A stretch of 32,000 nt of DNA from Candidatus Poseidoniaceae archaeon (GCA_943789275.1 CALSTM010000001.1:360001-392000); one strand, 5' to 3'. Positions 18,541 through 28,174 are shown, counted from the first letter of the stretch. Notes: a model not told the origin generated them from the letters alone. A program made the numbers and translations.

Positions 18541-19203
18541 ATGCCAATAGACACAGCTGATATTTTTGGAAGCGACCAAGTCGGTATTCATCTGGCAACT
18601 GTAGGCAATGTATTGCTCCATCCATTGGAGTTGCCTCAACTGGTTCTCGATATTCTTGAGGCCACCCTTCAACTTGAAATGCACGCTGTTTCCATCGGTG
18701 GTTCTAATCTCATCGGCGCTTTAGTCGCCGGGAATTCTCGTGGCATGGCGGTGGCTGATATCGCTACTGAATCTGACATTGACATGCTCACCTCATTTGG
18801 TGATGTTGTCGTTATGGAAGGTGGTGTCAATACAGCTGGTAATCTACTCCTCGTGAATGAACAGGGTGCAATTGCTTCACCAAGCATTCCAACCGATGGA
18901 TTGGAAATCATGGCAGACGTCATGGGCGTTCAAGTGGCAGCCACAACCATTGCAGGGCAAGATGTCGTTGGTAGCCTTGGTGTAACCAATGACCAAGGCG
19001 TTCTTCTTCACCCTGACGTCACTCCTGATGAAGTTGTACTCATTGAAAGTGTACTCGGTGTTTCTCCTATGGTCGGTACAGTTGCCTTTGGCTCCCCCTA
19101 TGTGGGTGCTGGGGTTTGTGCCAACAACAACGGTGCAGTAGCTGGTACTGAAACCACTGGTCCTGAATTGAACCGTCTTGAAGATGCCTTGGGCTTGATT
19201 TGA
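18541..19203 (+). CDS. eif6: Translation initiation factor 6 (aIF6/eIF6 family).
   Basis: Pentein repeats with 'SIGGSNLIGALVAGNSRGMAV', 'NTAGNLLLVNEQGAIASP' and the C-terminal 'GAVAGTETTGPELNRLEDALGLI'. ATG 18541 is preceded by GGAG (18529-18532). The track start 18364 would overlap the 5S rRNA. Confidence 0.9.
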   Translation: MPIDTADIFGSDQVGIHLATVGNVLLHPLELPQLVLDILEATLQLEMHAVSIGGSNLIGALVAGNSRGMAVADIATESDIDMLTSFGDVVVMEGGVNTAGNLLLVNEQGAIASPSIPTDGLEIMADVMGVQVAATTIAGQDVVGSLGVTNDQGVLLHPDVTPDEVVLIESVLGVSPMVGTVAFGSPYVGAGVCANNNGAVAGTETTGPELNRLEDALGLI

Positions 19204-19254
19204 GCCTGCTGTTGCACTGAAATGTTCAAAGACCTCTCTCTACGGTCATCGTGT

Positions 19255-20163
19255 ATGGCAGCGATGCTCTATCAAGGCAAAGTGAAGCAAGTTTGGTCAA
19301 CCGATGACCCTGACATTCTCGAATTTCGGTTTACAAATCAGATTTCTGTGTTCGACCAGATTATTCCGTCGTTGATCCCTCGTAAAGGTGAATCCTTGAA
19401 CCGTACAACTGCTCACTGGTTCAAACTTATCGAAGATGAGGGGATTTGTGGAACTCATCTTGTTGAAGTCAATGCAGCAGATCGCTGTCTTGTTCGAAAG
19501 GTCGAGGTCATCAAAGAACCTGGAGCAATCCCTCGCGATATGGAATGGGTTTTTGTTCCTCTCGAAATTATCTGCCGTCACTATCTTTCTGGTTCTGCTT
19601 GGAGAAGATTCCAACGAGGAGAACTCACTGCCGAACAACTCGGTGTCGATGCAAATTGTGAATACGGAGCTAAACTTTCCAAACCTTTCCTCGAAGTGAC
19701 GACGAAATTCGAAGCATACGACCGAAACATTTCCAATGAAGAAGCGTTGGAAATATCGAACATTACTCCAGAGGAATTGGAATCCATTTTTGAGGCCGTC
19801 CTTAAAGTCGATGCGCTGATTGAGCGAGAAGCTGCAAAGAACGGTCTCATCCATGTTGATGGCAAGAAAGAATTTGCTTTGGGACCTGGCCGCAAAGTCG
19901 TCTTGGTCGATACCTTTGGTACACTTGATGAAGACCGTTGGTGGGATGCAGAAGCATATGCAAACGGTGAGTGCATCGAGTTGTCCAAAGAATCTGTTCG
20001 AACCCATTACATTGAAACAGGGCATCAAACAGTTCTCAAGGCTGCTCGTGATGCAGGCACCGATGACCCACCTATTCCTGCTCTTCCTCAACACGTCATT
20101 GACCAAACTGCCAATCTCTATGCTTCGATGTACGAGCGCTTGACATCGCAGAAGTTTGATTAA
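19255..20163 (+). CDS. purC: Phosphoribosylaminoimidazole-succinocarboxamide (SAICAR) synthase.
   Basis: 'LYQGKVKQVW...ILEFRFTNQISVFDQIIPSLIPRKGESLNRTTAHWF' and 'IHVDGKKEFAL' are typical PurC motifs. The start is uncertain among 19222, 19255 and 19264. Confidence 0.85.
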   Translation: MAAMLYQGKVKQVWSTDDPDILEFRFTNQISVFDQIIPSLIPRKGESLNRTTAHWFKLIEDEGICGTHLVEVNAADRCLVRKVEVIKEPGAIPRDMEWVFVPLEIICRHYLSGSAWRRFQRGELTAEQLGVDANCEYGAKLSKPFLEVTTKFEAYDRNISNEEALEISNITPEELESIFEAVLKVDALIEREAAKNGLIHVDGKKEFALGPGRKVVLVDTFGTLDEDRWWDAEAYANGECIELSKESVRTHYIETGHQTVLKAARDAGTDDPPIPALPQHVIDQTANLYASMYERLTSQKFD

Positions 20164-20846
20164 GCGTGTGAGCGCAAGAACATACCGACATCGCGTCGCT
20201 CTGCTGCCCGTAACACTGCAATGAGGTTACGGCTTACGTCCCTCATCCCACCATCTATTGGCTCGTCTGCAGTGACGCTCCATGATCTTCCTGACAGTGC
20301 TAAGCGTAATTCTCTTACTTGCTCCTTGCTGAGAAACCCACGAATGTTGAGCCCGGCCTGACCAGTGTGGTATCGTTCATGCCCCACATGCGAGGGTCCA
20401 CATCGTTGTGAAAGGTTTTCAATGAGTGTAACAATTTTTTCATACCCGTCGTCGTTCTTGCTTCCTCTTTGGTCGTTTGGTCGTATGAACTCGTGCATGT
20501 AGTTGAGTAGTGAGCCGTCTCCCCAAGGAAAACGACCGACTTTTTCCCGTAGTATACCATCACCAATTGGCAATGGCTTACCATCTTTTGATAATTCAAC
20601 GCAACCTATGAAAAGAACAGTAGCGTCATCCCAACTGATGGATGAGCGTTTCTCAGGGTTGCTCATTCCTTGTTCAATAAGTCGCCTTTTGAACGCTTCA
20701 TCGTTGGTGATAAGCGTATTCCACAATGCTTCATCACCGTTTGCAGCTGATTCCAGTGCATTAAGGACTGCTTCTGCACGGTTACCGTTGCATGCGTCAA
20801 GTGTGATGAAGGGTGAAGTTCCCCCCTCAAACTGTTTGAGGTCCAT
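20160..20846 (-). CDS. Hypothetical protein (228 aa) with no signal peptide or TM helix; family not recognised.
   Basis: Clean ORF with an ATG start, 40 nt downstream of and co-oriented with the giant surface-protein gene. It contains a His/Cys-containing segment, 'CGPSHVGHERYHTGQAG'. Confidence 0.6.
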   Translation of the reverse strand: MDLKQFEGGTSPFITLDACNGNRAEAVLNALESAANGDEALWNTLITNDEAFKRRLIEQGMSNPEKRSSISWDDATVLFIGCVELSKDGKPLPIGDGILREKVGRFPWGDGSLLNYMHEFIRPNDQRGSKNDDGYEKIVTLIENLSQRCGPSHVGHERYHTGQAGLNIRGFLSKEQVRELRLALSGRSWSVTADEPIDGGMRDVSRNLIAVLRAAERRDVGMFLRSHA

Positions 20847-20886
20847 GGTTGACCGCCACCGTCAAGCGGTCATAAGCCCTTGCTTC

Positions 20887-23800
20887 TCACCGGTCGCCAA
20901 ATAATCTCTTCATCCGCTCTTCACGGGATTCAGGTTTGTTCTCTCCGTCCTCTATTTCGCTTCGTAGTGAGGCGAGGCGTCCCGATGCGGTGACGTCCAG
21001 TTCTTCATCAAGTTCTATGACCTCGTCGACCTTTGCAGGCTCATCCATGACTTCTTCAAAAACTTCGACCAATGTTTCTGGTATCGGTTCGAACGAGAAT
21101 TCTTCATCCTCATCTTCTGTCGTATCTTTCGGTTGGGTTTCAGGGGATGGCAACACGGGGACTCGGGTCTTTGATTCCTGAATTTCCTCTTCCTGTTCTT
21201 GTCCTTTCGGATGAAGCATTCCTGTGAAGTACCCCACGATGAGAAGAACGGTTGCTACTATAACGATTGTAACCATTTCACTTTGTTCAACAACAGGCTC
21301 GGATTTGGCATAGAATATCGTCGTCACCGTATTGTCATCAGGATTGTCATCGATGTCATAGGGTGCATCGCACACGAGTGTTGCTTCGAGCAGGTGCTTA
21401 TCGGAAATCCCTTGAGGATTACTGATGAAAACAACTGGTGCGTAATCAGATGTCACAATGTCAACGACCCGTGTCGTGGTCCATGTTGATTCCTTGTCAA
21501 CCACATGAATACGGCACGTCACGTCTTCGAGGCGTTGATATTGCTCACGTTGAATACTGATCGTTAGGTCACCGTCACTCGACGTGAACGAAAATATGCC
21601 GATGTTCCATCCACTGCTTCGAGATAGCGTTGATACGTTTGTTGATGATAGCGTCCTTCCATAGGAATCGACGACCAGTAACTCGAGATTGATGCTGCCT
21701 GCATCCGGCGACCATGATGAAACATTGACTTCGTAGGTCCCGTTTTCGTTGGCACCCAACTCAATCGAACTTTGAGTCAATTGTATGCGCTCTCCGGTTG
21801 AACTGAGCAGAAGCAGTGTGGCATAGACGCTACCGTCACCCGCTTCAACGTTGCACTCACCGATTCTTCCTGTAAGCGCAACAGTGCCTAATTCGCTGAA
21901 AGCACTGGAAAGCAGTGAGCAGTCGACTGTAACCTCGGGCAATTGATATCCGGCTAAGTACAACGAAATCGATTCATTGGTATCGGACGTCGAGATCAAA
22001 ACCATCTCATCGGAATCCGAACCTACCGTCACAAAAATTGTGTTTTCACGCACAACAAACTGGTCGTTGCTGGTAAAATCACCCGTAAGCGTATTTGTGT
22101 TCATTTCGATGCCGACCTCTTTGCCTGTAGTTGCTTGTACGACAGGCGTAGTTGCAAATCCAAATTGTCCTTTTTCAACTTCGATGTCGAGTAGGTGTAA
22201 CCCAAGCACTGGGTGCGTGACTTCCAAAGTTGCAAGGAATATTTCTCCGCTCCATCCTTGACTCGGTATTAAGTTGAGTGGGATGCCCAGTACTTGTTGA
22301 GGAGCGACCACCATTTGGGTTGGCCCACTGATGGTCCATCCGTTTGGTAATCCCGACACACCGAGTTCAAGGACTGCTACATCATTACCCGTGTTTTCGA
22401 CCCATGCAGTGGGCATCCCACCTTGGTCGTTAACCCTCCAGATACCTTTGTGTCCAAGGGTCATGTTCGGTGCATCACCAACTCTGACCGGTACGTCTTG
22501 GATGGTCGAACCGGAACCGTCTGCATCGCTTATTCGTATTTTGAGAATACCGATTTCTCCGGCGACTGCATATTCCGGTGGTGAAACAAAAACAGTCACG
22601 GTCGTTGACTCACCTGGTTGGACGATGACGCCGTTCTCTGGATAACTGATGTTCCAACCAGCACCTGCCTTGTCATAGTACGGTGCTTGAGGTGCATTTC
22701 CTCGCTGTTCAACTGTCAATGTGAGGTTTTGTCCAGCTGGGTCAATGGTAAGCGAAGTGTTTGCTAAGTTAAAACTCCAGCCAGATACATGCCGCACAGT
22801 ATACCGGATTGGAATCGTGTCAACAAGTATTTCATCGGAATAGACTGCGAAACTCATCGATGCCACAGAATCTGCCCATGCTGTTTCTGGCACGGTAAAG
22901 GAAAACGAGTACGCTTCTGATTCATTTACCTGTAACACTTCACCGTTGAATTCATCTGCATGCCAAACTGAGGCATCGTTTCCTGCGTGCGAGTGTGTGA
23001 AAGACGGAACAATCCTCAGTGTGTCGTTTGCGTTCCCGAGGTTTTGTGCGGTAAAGGCCACTTCGACCTCTTCACTTGGTGATACAGTACTTTCATTTCC
23101 ATTTGACAAGTTGATGTTCCATCGGTGGTCTGGCTCTGCCTCCACCAGAAGAGTGACGTAATCAAACACAGATTCGTCACCGAGTGATGTCCATTGGAAA
23201 TGCAATTCGAAAGGGCTCTCCGCTGGTACTTCCTCGCCGAGTGTAACTTCAACAGTAGCGATGGTGTATGCAAGTGGTCCAAGCATCCGCTGTTCTTGCG
23301 ATACGAATTCAAATTCAACCGGTGGTGGAAGAGTTTGTCCCGAAATCGGGTGAGCAGCAGCTGTCAGCAGGAATTCATCTTCACCGTTGCCAGGGTTTTC
23401 GAGCCGTAGTCGGACACTCTGGCCTTCACTGACGTTCATTGAAACACTCTCTCCTTCGGATTCCGGAAGTGGTTCAAGCAAGGTTGCTTGTGAGCGGAAA
23501 ATTTGCAATACTTGCAATGAGAATGTGAGATTCGAATGGTCTTCTAGAGTGTCAGAAGTGACAAACGAATGCCGTTGCGGTACTGCGTCCGGTGGCAGGT
23601 AGAGTGTTAGCACACCACTGGCAAAACCATCACTGCTGCCGCTCATTTCGAGTCGGGAGCCGTTTATTGAGAGTGCTCCAGAAGCAGTCCATTGCCAGCC
23701 TGATTGAATCATTTGCGCATCCATCATGTTCCAAGCGAGTTCTCCGGAAAACGGCAAGTCGGTATCGATCTGCCATGAGAGGGTTGAATTCGGAAGGCTA

Positions 23801-26610
23801 CGGGAATGGAGAGGTTCAACCGTCGAGGCAACAGCAGTATACTCAACCGCCAAGTCTTGGCAGAGTGTATCATCACCGCTACCAATACAGAGTGTGAGCG
23901 TAGTCGATGTTGTCGAGCCAAGACTCTGAGATGCAGGAACATCAAGGTGTGCGAATAATTCAATGTCTTCTTTTGGTTGAAGTGTTAGGGCAAAAATTTC
24001 TGTTCCATCAGCAGTGTGAAGTGAAGGTGAACCGCCCCATGAGGTTGCCGTCCAGTCAATGGAGGCTGTAGATTCTTGGGCATTACCTAAATTTTCAACA
24101 ACCATCCATGCTTTAGCGGTCCCTTGGATTCGTCCGTATCCGTCACTCTCTGCCAATCCTGTTGGACCGGTTACAGAAAGGCCACGAGTACGCAAAACTT
24201 CGAGAGGCATTCGAACGGTTGAATAAACCGAAGAATCCCCCACATAGGTCAAGGTAAGGTCAACGTAACTGTTCTCATCTCCCATGGCATCGCTTGGTAT
24301 GCTTACTTCAAACATGATTGCCATTGGAGCATTCGGCGTTAGGCTTTGCTGGAGTGACTCACCGGTTTGTGGAGAGAATGTCCAACCGCTCGGTAAGGCA
24401 CTGTCATCCCAAGTGAGTGACCAGTCGACAGTACGTGAGCCGGTTGACATAATGTTCACTTCGACCGATTCAGTCGTACCTGGCGATACTCGGGTGACTT
24501 CAGAGGGGGCATCAATCTGAGCCACGTACGGCTCAACAATAACCAACTCGGCAGAAACCATATTGTTGTCTTCCCTTGCTTCAGTTAAATTCTCATTCAC
24601 ATCAAGAACCATGGTAATGTTATGAATTCCAAGTTCTGCATCAATGACAGCACTGAATGTGAGAGGGCCGCCTTCACCTGAAGGCGCTACAGGTTCCACA
24701 TCATCGAATCGCTCGCGCTTGATTTCATTGCCGTTCATGTACAAGACAACATCAAGGTCATCGTCGTTTTCCATCGTCCCGATGTTCGAAAATTGACCGG
24801 TAATGGTGACTTGTTGACCTGGATCTGGTTCAGCGGGGTTGAAACTGATACCTCTTCCATCAGCTAAGGGTGCAAAATCAGCCACGCTTTGAGATACCAA
24901 TGTGTCACCGATTAAAATGTCGAGCGTTCCATCGCCGTCCATATCTGCTACTGCAGGGCCGGCCCATACGCGATGTGGCATAGCCAACGGCGATGACCAT
25001 TGATTGTTGATGTCAGCAGATGCACCGGATTCACCGTCAAATGCCCACAGTCTTTGACCAAAAGCCACGATAATTTCCGGCTCGTCGTTTCCGACGATAT
25101 CCATCCAGATTGGAGAGGAGACTGCAATTTCATCGTTGTCGTTACCCGTACCACGTTGCAGATCTCTGGTCCATTCCTTGATCGGAGTTTCGAGGCTGAT
25201 GTCATGGCAGCCAAGCATTCCTTTCCGATTGAACGTAATTGAAGATTCAGAATACCATGTGACCCAACATAATCGGTCGTGAATGCCGTCATCTGTTGTG
25301 TCAATCGGCAAGGGTTGTGCGTCAGCATAACCGTTTTGCGCTCGGAAATTGAAAATTTCGCTTGTTGAAGTGAGTTCCATGCCAACGTATCGAGCACCGC
25401 TTCCGGATGTTGCTCCGTTGGCATCCGTTGGGACTGTGAGAATCATTTCAGGAGCCGCATCTTCATCCAATTGCACAATCACGGGTCCGGGCAAACGAAG
25501 CCGTGGTGAATCGGTGTCAGAGTCGGTTCCTTGAACAGCAACGCGTTCCCAATCGAGTGAACCTGATGCTCCATCGATTCTCCAAATCCACATGTTGCCT
25601 GAGTTTGAGTCAATGGTCGTGAGCACAATCGCAGTGGTTGTGCCGTCAAGAGCCGCCCAGGTAGGGTCAGATGGGTGTGTGCCTCGGTCAAGTGAGACAT
25701 CCCAATCCGGTTCCGATGGGACGCTTGTTGTAAGAGAAAAGGACAGTACAGTTGGGTCATCGGTGTTTTGGTCAACCGCTGCGATCACAAGTTCAGGTAC
25801 GCCATCAATCTCAAGATCTGCAAGAATTGGTTGGGTAACAGAGCGGTGGTTGGTTTGACTCGAGGGTGTATGTGGGCTTCCAATACCGATGCGATAGTCG
25901 GTGTCACTGTAACTCCAGACTTTTTCGTTACTGTGGCCATTCTTTTGCCATCCCGATTCCGAACAGGTAAGTTCAGGAGACCACATTTCAATTTGCAGGC
26001 TACTTGAGGTGTCGTAAACGACCAATATCTCAGGTTTACCATCGTCGTCAATGTCATGGACAATTGGTGTGGAGCGTATGTCAAGAGTTTCACCGAGGTT
26101 CACTTGCCAAGCGATTTTGGCATCATCGCCGGTCATGATGCCGAGGATACTTTCAGTGCCGTCTTTCCAAACCATCACTGCAAACAACTCTCCGTAAGCA
26201 CATCGTTCGAGTGCGGCAGGGGGTGCAGATACGCTGTTTGAGAAATCACCAATGATGGAACCATACGCATCAGAACCATCATCAAGACCAACCCAGTTTA
26301 CGATTGGGCTATCGATGACACCGTAAACACTGACGTCTGCGACGCTCCCTTCACCAGGACCTCCATCAGGGGCATGTGCAGGCATAGTGCCGTTGTGTGT
26401 GGGTGTACGTCCATATTGCCCCCAGGGTTGGTCAAGTCCGTCCCATAATCCGGCCGGGCCGGATGCGGATGGAATCTGTTCGGAGCCGAGTTGGTCAGCG
26501 TCTCGTTCAAAATCAAGAATAACGGGGGAAAGTGAGGAAAACAAGAACAGCAAAAGCGGCACGATTGCACCGGACATTTTCCCGGTCCTAGCCAATGCAT
26601 TGCTCGACAT
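20887..26610 (-). CDS. Giant cell-surface protein (~1900 aa). Order: signal peptide, FG-GAP/integrin-alpha-like beta-propeller, CARDB and many Ig-like domains, one C-terminal TM helix, highly acidic cytoplasmic tail.
   Basis: Signal peptide 'MSGAIVPLLLFLFSSLSPVIL'. Propeller-type Ca-binding-like repeats are 'DIDDDGKPEILVV', 'ADLEIDGVPELVIAA', 'DIVGNDEPEIIVA' and 'ADMDGDGTLDILIGD'. The CARDB-like segment is 'PGQQVTITGQFSNIGT...DVVLYMNG'. The TM helix is 'MVTIVIVATVLLIVGYFTGML'. The tail is 'TTEDEDEEFSFEPIPE...DEELD'. The first ATG is at 26610; the track start 26613 is TTG. Confidence 0.8.
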   Translation of the reverse strand: MSSNALARTGKMSGAIVPLLLFLFSSLSPVILDFERDADQLGSEQIPSASGPAGLWDGLDQPWGQYGRTPTHNGTMPAHAPDGGPGEGSVADVSVYGVIDSPIVNWVGLDDGSDAYGSIIGDFSNSVSAPPAALERCAYGELFAVMVWKDGTESILGIMTGDDAKIAWQVNLGETLDIRSTPIVHDIDDDGKPEILVVYDTSSSLQIEMWSPELTCSESGWQKNGHSNEKVWSYSDTDYRIGIGSPHTPSSQTNHRSVTQPILADLEIDGVPELVIAAVDQNTDDPTVLSFSLTTSVPSEPDWDVSLDRGTHPSDPTWAALDGTTTAIVLTTIDSNSGNMWIWRIDGASGSLDWERVAVQGTDSDTDSPRLRLPGPVIVQLDEDAAPEMILTVPTDANGATSGSGARYVGMELTSTSEIFNFRAQNGYADAQPLPIDTTDDGIHDRLCWVTWYSESSITFNRKGMLGCHDISLETPIKEWTRDLQRGTGNDNDEIAVSSPIWMDIVGNDEPEIIVAFGQRLWAFDGESGASADINNQWSSPLAMPHRVWAGPAVADMDGDGTLDILIGDTLVSQSVADFAPLADGRGISFNPAEPDPGQQVTITGQFSNIGTMENDDDLDVVLYMNGNEIKRERFDDVEPVAPSGEGGPLTFSAVIDAELGIHNITMVLDVNENLTEAREDNNMVSAELVIVEPYVAQIDAPSEVTRVSPGTTESVEVNIMSTGSRTVDWSLTWDDSALPSGWTFSPQTGESLQQSLTPNAPMAIMFEVSIPSDAMGDENSYVDLTLTYVGDSSVYSTVRMPLEVLRTRGLSVTGPTGLAESDGYGRIQGTAKAWMVVENLGNAQESTASIDWTATSWGGSPSLHTADGTEIFALTLQPKEDIELFAHLDVPASQSLGSTTSTTLTLCIGSGDDTLCQDLAVEYTAVASTVEPLHSRSLPNSTLSWQIDTDLPFSGELAWNMMDAQMIQSGWQWTASGALSINGSRLEMSGSSDGFASGVLTLYLPPDAVPQRHSFVTSDTLEDHSNLTFSLQVLQIFRSQATLLEPLPESEGESVSMNVSEGQSVRLRLENPGNGEDEFLLTAAAHPISGQTLPPPVEFEFVSQEQRMLGPLAYTIATVEVTLGEEVPAESPFELHFQWTSLGDESVFDYVTLLVEAEPDHRWNINLSNGNESTVSPSEEVEVAFTAQNLGNANDTLRIVPSFTHSHAGNDASVWHADEFNGEVLQVNESEAYSFSFTVPETAWADSVASMSFAVYSDEILVDTIPIRYTVRHVSGWSFNLANTSLTIDPAGQNLTLTVEQRGNAPQAPYYDKAGAGWNISYPENGVIVQPGESTTVTVFVSPPEYAVAGEIGILKIRISDADGSGSTIQDVPVRVGDAPNMTLGHKGIWRVNDQGGMPTAWVENTGNDVAVLELGVSGLPNGWTISGPTQMVVAPQQVLGIPLNLIPSQGWSGEIFLATLEVTHPVLGLHLLDIEVEKGQFGFATTPVVQATTGKEVGIEMNTNTLTGDFTSNDQFVVRENTIFVTVGSDSDEMVLISTSDTNESISLYLAGYQLPEVTVDCSLLSSAFSELGTVALTGRIGECNVEAGDGSVYATLLLLSSTGERIQLTQSSIELGANENGTYEVNVSSWSPDAGSINLELLVVDSYGRTLSSTNVSTLSRSSGWNIGIFSFTSSDGDLTISIQREQYQRLEDVTCRIHVVDKESTWTTTRVVDIVTSDYAPVVFISNPQGISDKHLLEATLVCDAPYDIDDNPDDNTVTTIFYAKSEPVVEQSEMVTIVIVATVLLIVGYFTGMLHPKGQEQEEEIQESKTRVPVLPSPETQPKDTTEDEDEEFSFEPIPETLVEVFEEVMDEPAKVDEVIELDEELDVTASGRLASLRSEIEDGENKPESREERMKRLFGDR

Positions 26611-26889
26611 CAAGGTGTAGGGGGGACGGGGGGTTGTTATGGCTTATGGCGATGTGCGTATGAATAGTCCATTTCTCGGCCAAACAAAAGAGTCTCGCAC
26701 CCAGTGCAATGTTGTGCATTTTCTTCCGCAGTCTACGGTTTCATGGGCGAGTGGATTAAATAGGGGTCGTCAGTGGCGAGAATGACTACGGTCGACTTCT
26801 CTCCCGAGGCAATGCCGGTGAAGGACGGAATGGGAACTGCCCACTCCTTCTTCATCCTTGCTTTTTGAGAACGGCTAGAGGTGAACACG

Positions 26890-27444
26890 ATGTATAAAAT
26901 TGTCACAAAAGAAGACACTATTCGCATTCCAGCAGAGTACATGCGCAAAGGTGCATCGTTGAACGACCACATCGACCGTCTCTCCATGACTGCTTTCGAA
27001 GGTCGGTTCGACGAACAAAACCGCTTCATTCTCGTCACCTCAAACCACGAGCCTCTCGGCCGTGGACGTATCATTCACGGCGATGGTGCTATTTATCAAA
27101 AAGTTCGTTTTGATGCCGTTTTGTTCTGCATGGACGATTACGAAGTCGTTGAAGGAGCGGTCTCAGAAGTCAACGAATTCGGTGCTTTCGTTCGAATCGG
27201 CCCAATGGAAGCTCTTCTACACAAGTCTCAAATCATGGAAGACCAAGTTGAAGCGAACGTTGGAGCAGGTGTTATTCAAGGTCGTCAATCCAACCGCAGC
27301 ATCGGTGTCGGTGATTCCGTTCGTGCCCGCATTGTTTCTCTCTCACCAGACACTTCTGACCCTCGCCGTTCGAAGATTGGACTGACCAGTAAACAATCTG
27401 GACTTGGCTGCCACGACTGGCTTGGTGAAGACGACGACCAGTGA
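26890..27444 (+). CDS. rpoE: DNA-directed RNA polymerase subunit E' (Rpo7), with a C-terminal S1 domain.
   Basis: 'MYKIVTKEDTIRIPAEY...' and the S1-like 'GAVSEVNEFGAFVRIGPMEALLHKSQI'. GAGGTGA at 26878-26884 lies 5 nt upstream of ATG 26890. Confidence 0.85.
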   Translation: MYKIVTKEDTIRIPAEYMRKGASLNDHIDRLSMTAFEGRFDEQNRFILVTSNHEPLGRGRIIHGDGAIYQKVRFDAVLFCMDDYEVVEGAVSEVNEFGAFVRIGPMEALLHKSQIMEDQVEANVGAGVIQGRQSNRSIGVGDSVRARIVSLSPDTSDPRRSKIGLTSKQSGLGCHDWLGEDDDQ

Positions 27445-27454
27445 GGTGTGATGT

Positions 27455-27658
27455 ATGGTAAAGATTCCTTTCGCATGCGGTGAATGTCACCTTGTTCTTG
27501 ATGATGGTGTAGACTCCTGTCCTCGGTGCCCTACTGCTCGAGTGTCCTCTGAACATCAAGGCTATGTCATCATTATGAATCCAACACGCTCAGAAATTGC
27601 AAAGCGACTGAAGATCGACCGACCCGGTAAATATGCTCTCAAAGTAAGTATTCGTTAA
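27455..27658 (+). CDS. spt4: Transcription elongation factor Spt4 (RpoE'').
   Basis: 67 aa with the zinc ribbon 'ACGECHLVL...CPRCP' followed by 'GYVIIMNPTRSEIAKRLKI'. GAGGTG at 27443-27448 precedes the ATG. The position directly after rpoE' is the conserved archaeal arrangement. Confidence 0.85.
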   Translation: MVKIPFACGECHLVLDDGVDSCPRCPTARVSSEHQGYVIIMNPTRSEIAKRLKIDRPGKYALKVSIR

Positions 27659-27671
27659 GGAGATGAAAAAT

Positions 27672-28001
27672 ATGGAAATCGTATCACGCAAAGAAAACAA
27701 AATACTCAACCGAGTGGAAATTAATTTCCGATGGCAACACATCGGCCAATCAACACCTTCTCGTAAGGCAGTTATGGACCTCGTCAAAACCCTTGAGCCA
27801 GGATCAAACCCTGACTGCATTGTCGTCAAGGAATGCAATACACGCTTTGGTCAACCACTTACAACCGGAATGGCCTTCATTTATGGAGACACATCTTCAA
27901 TGTCAGTCGAACCAAGTTTCATTCACAAGCGTCATGAACAATTCCGCTCTGGAAACGCTTCCGACGATGCAGCACCTGCTGATGAAGGAGGTGACCAGTG
28001 A
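27672..28001 (+). CDS. rps24e: 30S ribosomal protein S24e.
   Basis: '[23 protein letters not shown]...[12 protein letters not shown]...[12 protein letters not shown]'. ATG 27672 is 9 nt after GGAG (27659-27662). ATG 27663 abuts the Shine-Dalgarno sequence and is less likely. Confidence 0.85.
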   Translation: MEIVSRKENKILNRVEINFRWQHIGQSTPSRKAVMDLVKTLEPGSNPDCIVVKECNTRFGQPLTTGMAFIYGDTSSMSVEPSFIHKRHEQFRSGNASDDAAPADEGGDQ

Positions 28002-28174
28002 TGGGAGACGGTCCTAAGGCTGGCGCAAAGTGGTCAAAGTATTCCGTTGGTGAAGACGGAACACTCACTCGTAAGGCAGAATTCTGTCCTAGCTGCGGTC
28101 CTGGAGTATTCCTCGCAGTTCACAAAGATCGCAAGTCCTGCGGTCGATGCGGTCACACAGAACCCATTGCTTGA
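28001..28174 (+). CDS. rps27ae: 30S ribosomal protein S27ae (57 aa, zinc ribbon).
   Basis: Not in the ORF track because it is under 60 aa. My translation is [57 protein letters not shown]. It has a CxxC...CxxC ribbon. Its start overlaps the S24e stop (TGATG at 27999-28003). It holds the conserved position after rps24e. Confidence 0.8.
   Translation: MGDGPKAGAKWSKYSVGEDGTLTRKAEFCPSCGPGVFLAVHKDRKSCGRCGHTEPIA

Noticed and set aside
19297-20106. 269-aa minus-strand ORF antisense to purC.
   Set aside because: PurC motifs on the plus strand are unambiguous. The antisense product is low-complexity (F/C/R/N-rich) with no recognisable domain.
24948-25424. 158-aa same-strand alternative-frame ORF inside the giant surface gene, and similar ~100-aa internal ORFs.
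   Set aside because: The main frame is continuous for ~1900 codons with coherent domain motifs. The embedded ORFs have no features, and some such ORFs are expected by chance in a 5.7-kb gene.
26640-26870. Possible SRP RNA, RNase P RNA or C/D sRNA in the long intergenic region.
   Set aside because: I could not find the conserved GGAAAGUCC (RNase P), the SRP helix-8 GNAR/AGCA motifs, or C (RUGAUGA) and D (CUGA) boxes. Only generic hairpins are present.
26733-27074. 113-aa minus-strand ORF spanning the rpoE' start region.
   Set aside because: It overlaps rpoE' antisense, and nothing supports its start.
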